Source: Candidatus Latescibacterota bacterium
GTDB lineage: Bacteria > Latescibacterota > UBA2968 > GCA-2709665
Length of the DNA stretch: 64,000 bases
Assembly (NCBI GenBank): GCA_965248435.1
Contig: OZ252100.1
Coordinates: 1,568,001-1,632,000, forward strand
Reading direction: 5' to 3'
Shown here in pieces: positions 29,832 through 39,681 of the stretch (position 1 is its first letter; each line of letters starts with the position of its first letter). Made by a program: the position numbers and the translations under genes. The notes beneath the pieces are model-generated. The model saw only the letters and a list, made by a program, of their open reading frames with translations. It made no database searches and was not told where the DNA came from.

Positions 29832-30278
29832 ATGAGCCCCACCACCCGCACCGATCGGACCGAAATGAACGCCCACGACCTTCCAACGATTAACGCGATC
29901 CTCAACAGCATAAGCGGCATCCTGCTCGCCCTGGGGTTCATCCAGATCAAGAGGCAAAGGATCCAGGCCCACAAACGGCTGATGTTCTCCGCGCTCACCG
30001 CGTCTGTCCTGTTTCTCACCAGCTATCTGATCTACCACGCCCGGGTCGGTTCCGTCCCCTACCCGCACTTTGACTGGACCCGTCCCCTCTACTTCGCCGT
30101 TCTGATCCCCCACGTGATCCTGGCAGCGGCGATGGTCCCGTTCATCCTTCTCATGGTCAGGCACGCATTACGTGAACGATTCGACGCCCATCGGAGGCTC
30201 GCACGCTGGGTCTGGCCGGTCTGGATGTTCGTTTCGGTCAGCGGCGTCGTGGTTTACACGATGCTCTACAGACTCTAA
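29832..30278 (+). CDS. DUF420 family membrane protein
   Basis: LPTINAILN, HKRLM, FLTSYLIYH, HRRLARW..WMFVSVSGVVVY. Confidence 0.9.
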   Translation: MSPTTRTDRTEMNAHDLPTINAILNSISGILLALGFIQIKRQRIQAHKRLMFSALTASVLFLTSYLIYHARVGSVPYPHFDWTRPLYFAVLIPHVILAAAMVPFILLMVRHALRERFDAHRRLARWVWPVWMFVSVSGVVVYTMLYRL

Positions 30279-30313
30279 ATGGCGTCGTGCAACCTATCGC
30301 AAGGAGATCCCTC

Positions 30314-31213
30314 ATGACCATTCTCGTTTCTGGGTCCACCGGCCTGGTCGGCTCCGCGATCGTCACCCGCCTGGAAGAGGAGGGCCACCGGGTCGTGCGG
30401 CTCGTTCGAAGGAAGCCCGAATCGGACCGCTCCGAGGTCGGCTGGAACCCGGAGTCGGGCGCGATCGATACCTCCGGTCTGGAGGGCACCGACGCCGTCA
30501 TCCACCTGGCCGGCGACAACATTGCCGAAGGCAGATGGAACGACGAAAAAAAGGCGAGGATACGGGACAGCCGCGTGAATGGCACCCGACTCCTCGCAGA
30601 ATCCCTGGCCGACCTGGACGCGCCACCGCGCACCCTGATTGCGGCCTCCGCGATCGGCTACTACGGCGACCGCGGAGATGAGGTTCTTACCGAAGAGAGC
30701 ACACCGGCGTCGGACTTCCTGAGTGAGACGTGTCAGGCCTGGGAAGCAGCCGTCCAGCCCGCCGTTCAAAAGGGCGTCCGGACGGTCAACCTGCGGATCG
30801 GGGTCGTCCTCAGCCTCGACGGCGGCGCCCTTGCCAAAATGCACTTTCCGTTCCGAATGGGCCTGGGCGGGGTGATGGGCAGCGGAGACCAGTACGTGAG
30901 CTGGGTCTCGATTCACGACCTGCCCGGAATCGTCCTGCACCTCCTCTCGAATGAGGATCTGAGCGGCCCTGTCAACGCCGTGGCGCCAAACCCGGTGACC
31001 AATCGCGAGTTTACGAAGACCCTGGGGCGGGTCCTGGTACGTCCGACCCTCTTCCCCATGCCGGCCTTCGCCGCGCGTCTCGCCTTCGGCGAAATGGCCG
31101 ACGCCCTTCTCCTTTCCAGCACACGGGTGCATCCCGAGCGTCTTGCGGCCTCAGGCTACGCGTTTCGGCACGCCGACATCGAGTCCGCCCTGAGGGAAAT
31201 CCTGAGTAAGTAG
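30314..31213 (+). CDS. TIGR01777 family (YfcH-like) NAD-dependent epimerase/oxidoreductase
   Basis: GSTGLVG, HLAG, SAIGYYG, GPVNAVAP; SD AAGGAG. Confidence 0.92.
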   Translation: MTILVSGSTGLVGSAIVTRLEEEGHRVVRLVRRKPESDRSEVGWNPESGAIDTSGLEGTDAVIHLAGDNIAEGRWNDEKKARIRDSRVNGTRLLAESLADLDAPPRTLIAASAIGYYGDRGDEVLTEESTPASDFLSETCQAWEAAVQPAVQKGVRTVNLRIGVVLSLDGGALAKMHFPFRMGLGGVMGSGDQYVSWVSIHDLPGIVLHLLSNEDLSGPVNAVAPNPVTNREFTKTLGRVLVRPTLFPMPAFAARLAFGEMADALLLSSTRVHPERLAASGYAFRHADIESALREILSK

Positions 31214-31346
31214 CGACCTTCTCCGCGTCACCGCTTATATTCGATTGACATAAGTGAACTCTTTTCAGATATATATGAGCATTGTCTCCGATCAAGGAGC
31301 AGATTCGCGGTAGCCAATATCATCTATTCTTTAAAGGGGAGGGAAA

Positions 31347-32780
31347 ATGGCGAAGCAGCGGCAGCGGCGTGGAAGTGATCGTAAAACCTTCAGGGAAAGT
31401 GTAGACCTGATGTTCGACCGGGCCGCGGCCACGCTCGACCTGCCTCCCGGTCTCCCTGCACAGATCAGGACCACAAACAACGTCTACCAGGTCCGTTTTT
31501 TCGTCAAGTTTCGGGATGGCTATCACGTCTTCTCGGGCTGGCGCGCCGTGCACAGCGAGCACCGCTTGCCCGTCAAGGGCGGGATCCGCTTCGCCCCAGA
31601 GGTCTCACAGGACGACGTCGAGGCCCTCGCCGCCCTGATGTCATACAAGTGTGCCATCGTGGATGTGCCCTTCGGCGGGTCGAAGGGGGGGCTCACGATC
31701 ACCCCGAGCAAGTTCGATGAATTCCAGATGGAACGCATCACGCGAAGGTTCGCCCAGGAACTGATCAAGAAGGCCTACATCAACCCCAGCCTCAACGTGC
31801 CCGCGCCAGACATGGGAACGGGACCGCGGGAGATGGCCTGGATCGCCGACACCTATCAAACGCTTCACCCTGATGACATCAATGCCATCGCCTGCGTGAC
31901 CGGCAAGCCGATCACTCAGGGAGGAATCGGGGGTCGAGTCGAGGCCACCGGAAGGGGCGTCCAGTACGCCCTGCAGGAATTCTTCCGACACCCCGAAGAT
32001 GTCGCTGAGACAGGGCTGAAAGGCGGTCTGGGCGGAAAACGCATCGTGGTACAAGGCCTCGGAAACGTCGGCTACCACGCGGCGAAATTCCTCTCAGAGG
32101 AAGATGAGGGCCTAATCACCGGCATCATCGAGCGAGACGGGGCCATCGTCTCTGAAAAGGGACTTTCTGTGGAGGAGGTCTCCAAGTACAAGCAAGAGAC
32201 CGGGGGCGTCAAAGGGTTCCCCGGTGCAGACTATGTCGAGAACGGAAACACCGTCCTCGAAGCCGACTGCGACCTCCTCATCCCGGCGGCCCTCGAAGGC
32301 CAGATCACGCTGGAAAACGCCCCGAGAATCAGGGCCCCACTCATCGCCGAAGCCGCGAACGGTCCGGTCACCTTCGAAGCGGATAACTATCTTCGCGAGC
32401 ACGGGAAGATCATCATCCCTGACGCCTACGTGAACGCAGGGGGTGTCACGGTCTCCTATTTCGAGTGGATCAAGAATCTCTCGCATATCAAGTTCGGGCG
32501 CCTGGACCGTCGGCACGAAGAGATGCGCGGGCAGAACGTGATGGACGCGATCGAAGATGCGACCGGCAAGAGGATTCCAGATGCCTTTCGGTCCAAGCTC
32601 AGCAAGGGGCCCGACGAAATCGATCTGGTCCGTTCCGGCCTGGACGACACGATGCGTGAGGCCTATCAGCATATCAGGGAAATCTATCGAACCAAGGACG
32701 ACGTCCCGGATCTCAGGACCGCCTCATTCGCGCTGGCCATCCGGAGGATTTCCCAGGCCTATCTCGAAATGGGGCTGTAG
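31347..32780 (+). CDS. gdhA: Glutamate dehydrogenase (Glu/Leu/Phe/Val DH)
   Basis: KGGIRF, PFGGSKGG, VPAPDMGT, ATGRGV, QGLGNVG, EAANGP, NAGGVTVSYFEW. Confidence 0.93.
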   Translation: MAKQRQRRGSDRKTFRESVDLMFDRAAATLDLPPGLPAQIRTTNNVYQVRFFVKFRDGYHVFSGWRAVHSEHRLPVKGGIRFAPEVSQDDVEALAALMSYKCAIVDVPFGGSKGGLTITPSKFDEFQMERITRRFAQELIKKAYINPSLNVPAPDMGTGPREMAWIADTYQTLHPDDINAIACVTGKPITQGGIGGRVEATGRGVQYALQEFFRHPEDVAETGLKGGLGGKRIVVQGLGNVGYHAAKFLSEEDEGLITGIIERDGAIVSEKGLSVEEVSKYKQETGGVKGFPGADYVENGNTVLEADCDLLIPAALEGQITLENAPRIRAPLIAEAANGPVTFEADNYLREHGKIIIPDAYVNAGGVTVSYFEWIKNLSHIKFGRLDRRHEEMRGQNVMDAIEDATGKRIPDAFRSKLSKGPDEIDLVRSGLDDTMREAYQHIREIYRTKDDVPDLRTASFALAIRRISQAYLEMGL

Positions 32781-32927
32781 CATGAGTCTAACGAAGCCTG
32801 GCACGACCGCAGACCACAGACGGCGCTGGTGAGGATGCACAGCTAGAGGAAGGATGATTTAAGAGGAAGGATTTGAGTTGGTGAACGGGGGGTGAGGCCC
32901 TTCGCGTTCAAGTTAGCGTCGTCTACA

Positions 32928-34232
32928 TCACAGCCGCGGTCCGTCGTCCGCGGTCCATTTCCTGATTTGTTCCCCCGCATACAACGCCTGATGCAGCACG
33001 GCCTCATAGAGCTGATCCCGCTCACTGTTTGGAATGCGCTCACCTTTCTCATCCCTGTAGTCAATCACGTGCGAATAGACCGGCGGCATCGGAAGACCTC
33101 GCGATCTGTAGAACGCACACAGTCCGCGGAAGTCGTCCATCGCCTCCGCTTGAAGATGCGGAAACCCGAATTTTGCATCCTGTTCCTGGTCCAGCCGCAG
33201 GTGCGCGTGGATCCGCATCTCGTCCAGCCCGTCGATCAGCTCGGGCCGATCGCGAAGGTCGGTCAGGTGCTCCGTGATGAAACCGCGCCAGTCCCCCTTC
33301 CTGCCCTGCACCTGTACCAGAATCGGCGACCCATCCGCGTAGTGTGAGATGAAGTCAGCCAGCTTCGGGTGCTCGGACGGCTGCTCCAGGCGGGTCGAGT
33401 TTCCAAGGTTGATCCCGCAGACCCCGATGCCGTGGTCCGCGTAGATTCTCGCATGTTCAGTCGGATCCGCGAAGTTCATCCGGCTGTGCCCCGCGTCAAG
33501 CCGGATCTGCACGACCTCCTTCAGGATCTTTTTCGCCTCCGCTTCACTCACGCCGAGTTCCTCGACGATCAGATCCCTGCCCTCTACCGACAGGTACTCA
33601 TCCCAAAATGCGACGACTTCCTCGGCGTACATCAGGCTCTGACCGCGAGTCGGGTCCAGCCCGACCATCAGCCGCTTTCCTGAGGCCTCGGACAGCCGGA
33701 AGAGTTCGGCCGCGACGCGCGCCACGTTCCGCGCGATCAGTGGATTCAGCTCCGCTTCGCGCCCTTCTATATCGCTTCGCATGATCCCCGCCAGAGACTG
33801 AACGAAGATGTGTGGGACGGTTCCGTTGTGCAGGTGCGGCAGCAGATGCAGCCCCTTGCGCATCGTCTCGAGCTTCTGGTCTTCCGCCCAGGACACGCCG
33901 TTCCTCGCGATCAGGTCCTCCCGGGAGGTCCCCCACTTCATCGACCCTCCTGCAATCCCCGTCGCGATCAATCGGCGATCCGCCAGGTGTTCCTTCAGCC
34001 GCCCGAGCTCGCGGGTTTCCCTGTAGCCCTCCCCTTCCTCGATCAGAAGGCCGTCTACGACAGGGCCCGCGAGGCGCACTTCACAGACCGGGTCCAGCCC
34101 GACCCGCGCGAGTTCCGCTTCCATCCCGGGGTAAATGTTCTCCACGATATCGACCAGGTCCTCCGCCGTCTCCCGCCCGGAAAAGACCCTTACCCCGCCT
34201 ACTCCGAAGGGAATCCCGTTACTATTCTTCAT
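32928..34232 (-). CDS. Divergent EboE-like (xylose-isomerase/TIM-barrel) protein
   Basis: ARVAAELFRLSEASGKRLMVGLDP, EEVVAFW, LGVSEAEAKKIL, LDAGH...FADP, EMRIHAH recall EboE blocks (from memory, not searched). Confidence 0.6.
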   Translation of the reverse strand: MKNSNGIPFGVGGVRVFSGRETAEDLVDIVENIYPGMEAELARVGLDPVCEVRLAGPVVDGLLIEEGEGYRETRELGRLKEHLADRRLIATGIAGGSMKWGTSREDLIARNGVSWAEDQKLETMRKGLHLLPHLHNGTVPHIFVQSLAGIMRSDIEGREAELNPLIARNVARVAAELFRLSEASGKRLMVGLDPTRGQSLMYAEEVVAFWDEYLSVEGRDLIVEELGVSEAEAKKILKEVVQIRLDAGHSRMNFADPTEHARIYADHGIGVCGINLGNSTRLEQPSEHPKLADFISHYADGSPILVQVQGRKGDWRGFITEHLTDLRDRPELIDGLDEMRIHAHLRLDQEQDAKFGFPHLQAEAMDDFRGLCAFYRSRGLPMPPVYSHVIDYRDEKGERIPNSERDQLYEAVLHQALYAGEQIRKWTADDGPRL

Positions 34233-34461
34233 TTCAAGCCCTCCAGGAAGGTTTTCTTAATGCCAGGCTGAAAAATTGTATAATTAACCTATTAATAATA
34301 AATGCTTTATGATCTAATTCTCAATCCCGGGCAGTCGTGTGATCTGGAATACATCGCCTCAGACGTTTCATACCGATTCATGAGAATAGGGACGGAGGCA
34401 CGCCTCGCAGTTCCGATATCGGCAGATGAGTATGAAGCCCGTTTCAACATCAGTGGAAACC

Positions 34462-34815
34462 ATGGCCAACATCATTGTCATCGATGACGATCTGTTCGTG
34501 CGGGACGTCATAGCCAAGGCACTTCAGATGCACGGCCACGACGTCCAGGCCTTCGAGGACGGAGGACCGGCGCTCGAGCTTGGCGATTTCGAGAAGGCCG
34601 ACCTGCTGATCACCGACCTGCGGATGCCGACGCCCGGGGACGAGGTCGTTTCCACACTCAAAGAACGAGGCGTAAAGATTCCCATGATCGTCCTCAGCGG
34701 TTACCTGGACAAAGATCAAACGGAGCGCCTCGACAAACTTGGCGTGGTACAGATGCTGGAGAAACCGTTCAAGGTCCTTGAGATGGTTCAAATCGTCAAC
34801 ATATGGCTCGCTTAA
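34462..34815 (+). CDS. Single-domain response regulator (receiver)
   Basis: IIVIDDD, LITDLRMP, LSG, LEKPF. Confidence 0.92.
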   Translation: MANIIVIDDDLFVRDVIAKALQMHGHDVQAFEDGGPALELGDFEKADLLITDLRMPTPGDEVVSTLKERGVKIPMIVLSGYLDKDQTERLDKLGVVQMLEKPFKVLEMVQIVNIWLA

Positions 34816-34819
34816 AGGT

Positions 34820-34922
34820 GGACGGCAGACCACAGACCGCGGACCGCGGCTTTGCCGTCCACGATTCACGATTCACGATTCCCGGTTTTATTCCGCAATC
34901 CCAAATCCGCAATCCGCAATTG
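34820..34922 (+). repeat. Three abutting heptamer arrays (GACCGCG, ACGATTC, TCCGCAA)
   Basis: cagaccacagaccgcggaccgcgg; acgattcacgattcacgattc; tccgcaatcccaaatccgcaatccgcaat. Confidence 0.8.
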
Positions 34923-34941
34923 AATCCCGATCCACGCTCTT

Positions 34942-36300
34942 CTAACTTACCTCACATCCACTAAGCCTGCACACCACATCGAACACCACCTGCGTCGCGA
35001 ACTGGACGTTATAGGTCGAGACCCGCTCATCGTGACCGTGCGCGAGCTCATAGAAGTTGAAATTCGGCTCCCATCGCATCGGTATGAACCCGTAGATCTG
35101 GATGTCCAGATGGGCGAGCCACCTCGCGTCGGTACCGCCCGTCGATAGATGCGGCGCGACCGCCGCCTCAGGATCGAATCGCGCGACCGAGGACCGGATC
35201 GCGTCGAACAGTTCTGTTTCGTGATCGAACTCGTTCGCCGGATTGAACGGGCGCGCCTCCTCGGTCTCGATCTCGACGTCCTCCCCGACGATCTCCCTCA
35301 ACTCTTTCGTGAACGTCGCCTCGTCCACGCCCGGAAGCGGCCGCCCGCTCAGCGACACCCGGGCCTCGGACGGGATCACGTTCCGCTTCAGCCCCGCGTT
35401 CATCATCGTCGGGGCGCAGGTGTTCCGGAGCGTCGCATCCAGCATCAGCCGGGTCGGCTCGTCCACGGGCAGTTCCTTCAGTGCGGCATCTGCCTCAGCT
35501 GGGTCCAGAAGCTTCAGCGCCAGGTCACGCACCTCCGGCCGCCTCTGTGCCTCCGCGATCCCTTCGATGAAGGCGCCGCCGCTCCTCGTCACACGGTGGG
35601 GCATCTTTTGCTCCCCAAGGGCCTGGAGGACCCTGCCCAGGTGCGCGATCGCGTTGTCGCCGTGCGGAACGGAGCTGTGTCCGGGCCTCCCCCTCGAGAT
35701 CAGATCGACCGCCGCACCTCCCTTTTCACCCACCTGGCAGGTATAGATCGGCATTCCGTCCACCTTGACCGCATACCCGCCCCCTTCGTTGATTCCGAAC
35801 TCCGCGTCGAAGACCTCGGGGTGGTGTTCGGCCAGCCATCGGATGCCGTAGGACGCCCCCATCTCCTCGTCGCCGGCCGCGACGACCACGAGGTCCCGTT
35901 CCAGGGGAAGTCCAAGACGTTTGCAGAGCCGGATCACCTGGACCCCCACCACCGCCGTCAGCTTGGAATCGAACGCGCCGCGTCCCCAGACGTAGCCGTC
36001 GGCCACCTCTCCCGCGAACGGGGGATGCGTCCACTTGTCCGGCTCGGCCGGCACGACATCGGTGTGAGACATCAGCAGCAGCGGTCGCTTCTTTCCCGTC
36101 CCCTTCAGACGAACCACAACGTTTCCCCGCTCTGGCGTCGACTTCAGGACCTGCGGGTCGAGCCCCTCCCCTTTCAGCAGGCCCTCGAGGTAGAGGGCCA
36201 GCGGCAGTTCGTTTCCGGGAGGATTCGTCGTGTCGAACCGAAGCAGCTCTTGAAGGAGGGCCACGCCCTCATTACCCACGTCGTCCCAGTCTACTCGCAT
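34942..36300 (-). CDS. M20/M25/M40 metallopeptidase (ArgE/DapE/ACY1-like)
   Basis: SHTDVVP, WGRGAFD, GDEE, NEGG, GGTDA, HGHDER; SD AAGGAG. Confidence 0.92.
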   Translation of the reverse strand: MRVDWDDVGNEGVALLQELLRFDTTNPPGNELPLALYLEGLLKGEGLDPQVLKSTPERGNVVVRLKGTGKKRPLLLMSHTDVVPAEPDKWTHPPFAGEVADGYVWGRGAFDSKLTAVVGVQVIRLCKRLGLPLERDLVVVAAGDEEMGASYGIRWLAEHHPEVFDAEFGINEGGGYAVKVDGMPIYTCQVGEKGGAAVDLISRGRPGHSSVPHGDNAIAHLGRVLQALGEQKMPHRVTRSGGAFIEGIAEAQRRPEVRDLALKLLDPAEADAALKELPVDEPTRLMLDATLRNTCAPTMMNAGLKRNVIPSEARVSLSGRPLPGVDEATFTKELREIVGEDVEIETEEARPFNPANEFDHETELFDAIRSSVARFDPEAAVAPHLSTGGTDARWLAHLDIQIYGFIPMRWEPNFNFYELAHGHDERVSTYNVQFATQVVFDVVCRLSGCEVS

Positions 36301-36452
36301 TGCTTCTCCTTTGAGTATCCCGGCCAATATCAAACGACTAACCGCTTGTGTCAAGCGGTTCCCTGAATCACAATCGACTTGCGCAGGTTTGCTCAATTGC
36401 GTAGAATCTTGTGTTTAACCGATTAGGATACCGCATTGTGAGGTATATTTCC

Positions 36453-36478
36453 GTAGGGGCAGGCCCCCGCGCCTGCCC
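36453..36478 (+). repeat. GTAG-type REP (GTAGGGGCAGGCCCCCGCGCCTGCCC)
   Basis: Near-identical copy at 39764-39789. Confidence 0.75.
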
Positions 36479-36531
36479 GTGCTCTTCGCTCAAAGATTCG
36501 GGTCTTTTGTATCCAGGTAATTCAGAATGCC

Positions 36532-36656
36532 GTAGTCGCACCCTTCAGGGTGCGGCAGGCTGACACCAGATTCGTGAGGCCTGCGCTGTCTTCGACTGAA
36601 TCAGCACCCTTTACTCGGATTTCACGGGGGTGCCGCAGGCTAAAGCCTGCGACTAC
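36532..36656. repeat. REPIN-like inverted GTAG-REP doublet
   Basis: GTAGTCGCACCCTTCAGGGTGCG ... CGCAGGCTAAAGCCTGCGACTAC. Confidence 0.75.
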
Positions 36657-36699
36657 ATTAGAATCGGCCCCGAAACTCGGGCAACGGAAATCCCGAAGA

Positions 36700-37368
36700 A
36701 TGGACGACTCGAAACCTCCTAGGCTTCTCGGACGACACCTCGCACCCCCGGCGCTCTGCCTCTTTCTGATTCTCATCGCCTTCCAACCCCTCTCCGCCGA
36801 TTCCATAGAAAACTACAAGCAGGTCCCGATCAAAGAGGGCGACCGCTGCTTCATCTGCAATATCGAACTGGTGGACGGCGGGGTCGCATTCATCTACCGC
36901 GGCAGGCGCGTCACGGTCGCCTCTTTTCACGTCCAACAATTCCTCGATGCTCCCCTGAAGTACTTTTCCAGGCTGCAGCCCAGGGGTGCCCTGTTTCAAG
37001 AGGACGCGATCCTCGAAAGACCGATGTGGTCGGGCTGGCTCCTGCTCGGCATCTGGTTGGCGGTGGGTCTGGTCTCTGCCGCGATCTCTACCCACCTCGC
37101 CCTCAGAAAGGGTCTGCCGCCCGTCACCTGGTTTGCGATCGGGCTGGCCACCAACCTCTTCGGCCTGCTGCTCCTGCTCAGACACCGCGCGGAGGCAGAC
37201 GTCTCTCTACCACCGCACCTGGCCAAGATCCCCACCACTCTCAACCCGGTTGAATGTCCCGCCTGCCGTGCTGAGAACCACCCGTCCGCAAAGCAGTGCT
37301 CCGCGTGCGGGGCTCAGTTGAACCCCACAGCCGTGTCCGAAGTGGAGCGGAGCGGGATGGCCCCGTAA
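36700..37368 (+). CDS. Membrane protein with N-terminal CxxC and C-terminal zinc ribbon
   Basis: Signal-like N-terminus, CFIC, 2 TM segments, CPAC..CSAC. Confidence 0.7.
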   Translation: MDDSKPPRLLGRHLAPPALCLFLILIAFQPLSADSIENYKQVPIKEGDRCFICNIELVDGGVAFIYRGRRVTVASFHVQQFLDAPLKYFSRLQPRGALFQEDAILERPMWSGWLLLGIWLAVGLVSAAISTHLALRKGLPPVTWFAIGLATNLFGLLLLLRHRAEADVSLPPHLAKIPTTLNPVECPACRAENHPSAKQCSACGAQLNPTAVSEVERSGMAP

Positions 37369-37389
37369 CCCTCTCCATCAAAATCATCC

Positions 37390-39681
37390 TTGGAAGGATC
37401 GTCTGATTTGTTTCGACGCATTCAGACCTGGTTAGAAGGCAACTTCTTTGCGACAGCGGACGGCCCGTCCAGACGTCCGCAGCTCTCGAAAGACCGTGAA
37501 AGCAACATCCGCGGTCTTTTCATCGTCGGAGACCTGGCCGGGGCGCCCGTAATCAAACTGGCCATGGAGCAGGGCTACGACACGATCGAGCACATCGCTG
37601 CACTGCCTCGCCCAGACAAAGACAGTGAAGACATCCTCGACGTCATCATCGTCGGCGCGGGCGCGGCCGGCCTCAACGCTGCCCTCGCAGCCAAGGACAA
37701 GGGCCTCTCATGCCTGCTGCTCGAAAAAGAGAAGATCGCAAACACGATCGAAAATTTCCCGGAAGGAAAATGGGTCTACGCGGAGCCTGACACCGTGCCT
37801 CCGAAGGGCAAGCTCTGGCTGGATGGGGCACGAAAAGAAGACCTGATCAAGCGATGGCACCAGATAGTGGATGAACACGGGCTGGATGTCCGCACCGAAG
37901 AGCCTCTGACCGGACTGTCGAAAGAATTCGGTCTGTTCACGATCACGACGCCGAAGGCCACATACCGCGCCTGCTTTATCGTCCTTGCCACCGGACAGCG
38001 CGGAAATCCCCGGAAGCTCGGGGTCTCGGGCGAAGAACAGGAGCACGTCTACCACCGGCTCTACAGCCCGCGCAAGTATCACGATGAGGACATCCTGGTC
38101 GTGGGCGGCGGCAACAGCGCGATCGAAGCCGCGCTCACATTGAGCGACCAGAACCACGTCACCCTGTCGTATCGTGGAGCCGAGTTCGCGCGCCTCTTCA
38201 AGGACAACCGGCAGGCGCTCGATCAAGCCGTTGAAGCCGGAAAGGTCCGTCTGGTTCTCAGCTCCAACGTGACCCGCTTCGAGAACGGGTCGGCGGTCCT
38301 GTCTCTGGACGGCGAACCCGAGACCCCCATCGCTGCGGATCACGCCTTCATCCTCATCGGTTCCGAAGTCCCTGTCACCTTCCTCAAATCGCTCGGCATC
38401 AAGCTGGAGAACGAATGGAGCGGCTCGCTCCTCCGCAGCGTCGCCGTCGGGCTCGCCGCCCTCGTCGGCCTCTGGTTCACCGGCGGACAGACCGACCTCG
38501 TCCCCGAAACCAGCGCATCCCTGTCCGAAGTCGCAGGCATCGTCCTGGCTGCAGTCTCCGTCCTCGCCCTCATCCTCCTCGGCCGTGCCGGTGACCGGTG
38601 GGCCTGGCTCTGCCTCTCCTTCATTGTTTGGTACACCATCTACGGCGTTAAAGTCGGGAGCGGCGAGGAATTCTGGCCCTTCAAGAACTGGGGTTATTCC
38701 GCGTTCTCCTTTTTCGACCGCCCCTGGAGCTTCTGGTATACGGTGATGTACACCGGACTGATGACCGTCTTCGGCATCCAGGCCCTGAAGCGCTGGGGCC
38801 TGGACCGTAAAGATCGCTTTCAGGTCTGGCGCTTCGTCTGCCTGATCGGGTTCCAGGTCCTCTTCTTCTTCATCATCCCGGAATTCCTCTTTCAGTGGGC
38901 CGTCAAGTTCCGCTGGGTCGGCGACCTTGCGGACGACCCAGTGTTCGCGGAGCAGGGCTGGCGCAGCTACGGCATCATCTACGCCTGGCCGCTCTTCTTC
39001 TACACCTTCTTCTACAACCCGCATCATATCTGGGTCATCTGGGGCGTGCTTCTCACTTTCGTGATCATCCCCATCTTCGTCCTGTTCAACGGTAAGCGCT
39101 ACTGCTCCTGGATCTGCGGCTGTGGCGGCCTGGCCGAGACCTTCGGAGACCGATGGAGGCATCTCGCGCCCAAAGGCAAGTCCGCCCTTAAATGGGAAGG
39201 CATGAACTTCGTGGTACTCTTCCTGGCCACAGCGGTCACGGTCATCATGCTCGTCAAGGATACCTGGGGCCTGTTCTACGAGCAGGCCGATCTCTCCATG
39301 GCGATCTATCGCATCTCCGTCGACGTCTGGCTCATCGGTATCCTCCCCGTCACCCTCTATCCCTTCCTCGGCGGCAAGATCTGGTGCCGCTACTGGTGTC
39401 CCCTCGCCAAGATGATGGACCTCATGTCCAAGCTTTACCTCAAGCTGGGCATCAGCAGGTATCACATCACCTCCAACGACAAGTGCATCGCCTGCAACGA
39501 GTGTTCTCGGAACTGCCTCGTCGGCATCGACGTCATGTCCTTCGCCATGAAGCAGGAAGTCCTCGACAACTCGAACAGCTCATGCATCGGTTGCGGCATC
39601 TGCGTCACCGTCTGCCCGATGGACGTCCTCTCGTTTACCCCTCGCCCTCAGCAACCGCTGGTGCAGGTCGAATCGGCCTGA
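37390..39681 (+). CDS. FAD/NAD(P)H oxidoreductase (TrxB/YpdA-like) fused to a NapH/MauN-like membrane polyferredoxin
   Basis: GAGAAG, ATG, GGGNSA; many TM segments; CSWICGC, CRYWCP, CIACNECSRNC, CIGCGICVTVCP. Confidence 0.85.
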   Translation: MEGSSDLFRRIQTWLEGNFFATADGPSRRPQLSKDRESNIRGLFIVGDLAGAPVIKLAMEQGYDTIEHIAALPRPDKDSEDILDVIIVGAGAAGLNAALAAKDKGLSCLLLEKEKIANTIENFPEGKWVYAEPDTVPPKGKLWLDGARKEDLIKRWHQIVDEHGLDVRTEEPLTGLSKEFGLFTITTPKATYRACFIVLATGQRGNPRKLGVSGEEQEHVYHRLYSPRKYHDEDILVVGGGNSAIEAALTLSDQNHVTLSYRGAEFARLFKDNRQALDQAVEAGKVRLVLSSNVTRFENGSAVLSLDGEPETPIAADHAFILIGSEVPVTFLKSLGIKLENEWSGSLLRSVAVGLAALVGLWFTGGQTDLVPETSASLSEVAGIVLAAVSVLALILLGRAGDRWAWLCLSFIVWYTIYGVKVGSGEEFWPFKNWGYSAFSFFDRPWSFWYTVMYTGLMTVFGIQALKRWGLDRKDRFQVWRFVCLIGFQVLFFFIIPEFLFQWAVKFRWVGDLADDPVFAEQGWRSYGIIYAWPLFFYTFFYNPHHIWVIWGVLLTFVIIPIFVLFNGKRYCSWICGCGGLAETFGDRWRHLAPKGKSALKWEGMNFVVLFLATAVTVIMLVKDTWGLFYEQADLSMAIYRISVDVWLIGILPVTLYPFLGGKIWCRYWCPLAKMMDLMSKLYLKLGISRYHITSNDKCIACNECSRNCLVGIDVMSFAMKQEVLDNSNSSCIGCGICVTVCPMDVLSFTPRPQQPLVQVESA

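Noticed and set aside
28494-29835. Short ORFs (e.g. 28760..29101, 29070..29480, 29156..29494)
   Set aside because: They are translations of the repeat elements in several frames, with no convincing SD or protein-like composition
31245-31275. Sigma70 promoter for gdhA
   Set aside because: Perfect TTGACA, but the best -10 match needs 18-19 bp spacing; too uncertain to list
37708-39465. Long antisense ORFs (also 1131..2189, 9366..10532, 35149..36366, 55110..56306, 61999..63219)
   Set aside because: Shadow frames opposite well-supported genes, typical of high-GC coding DNA
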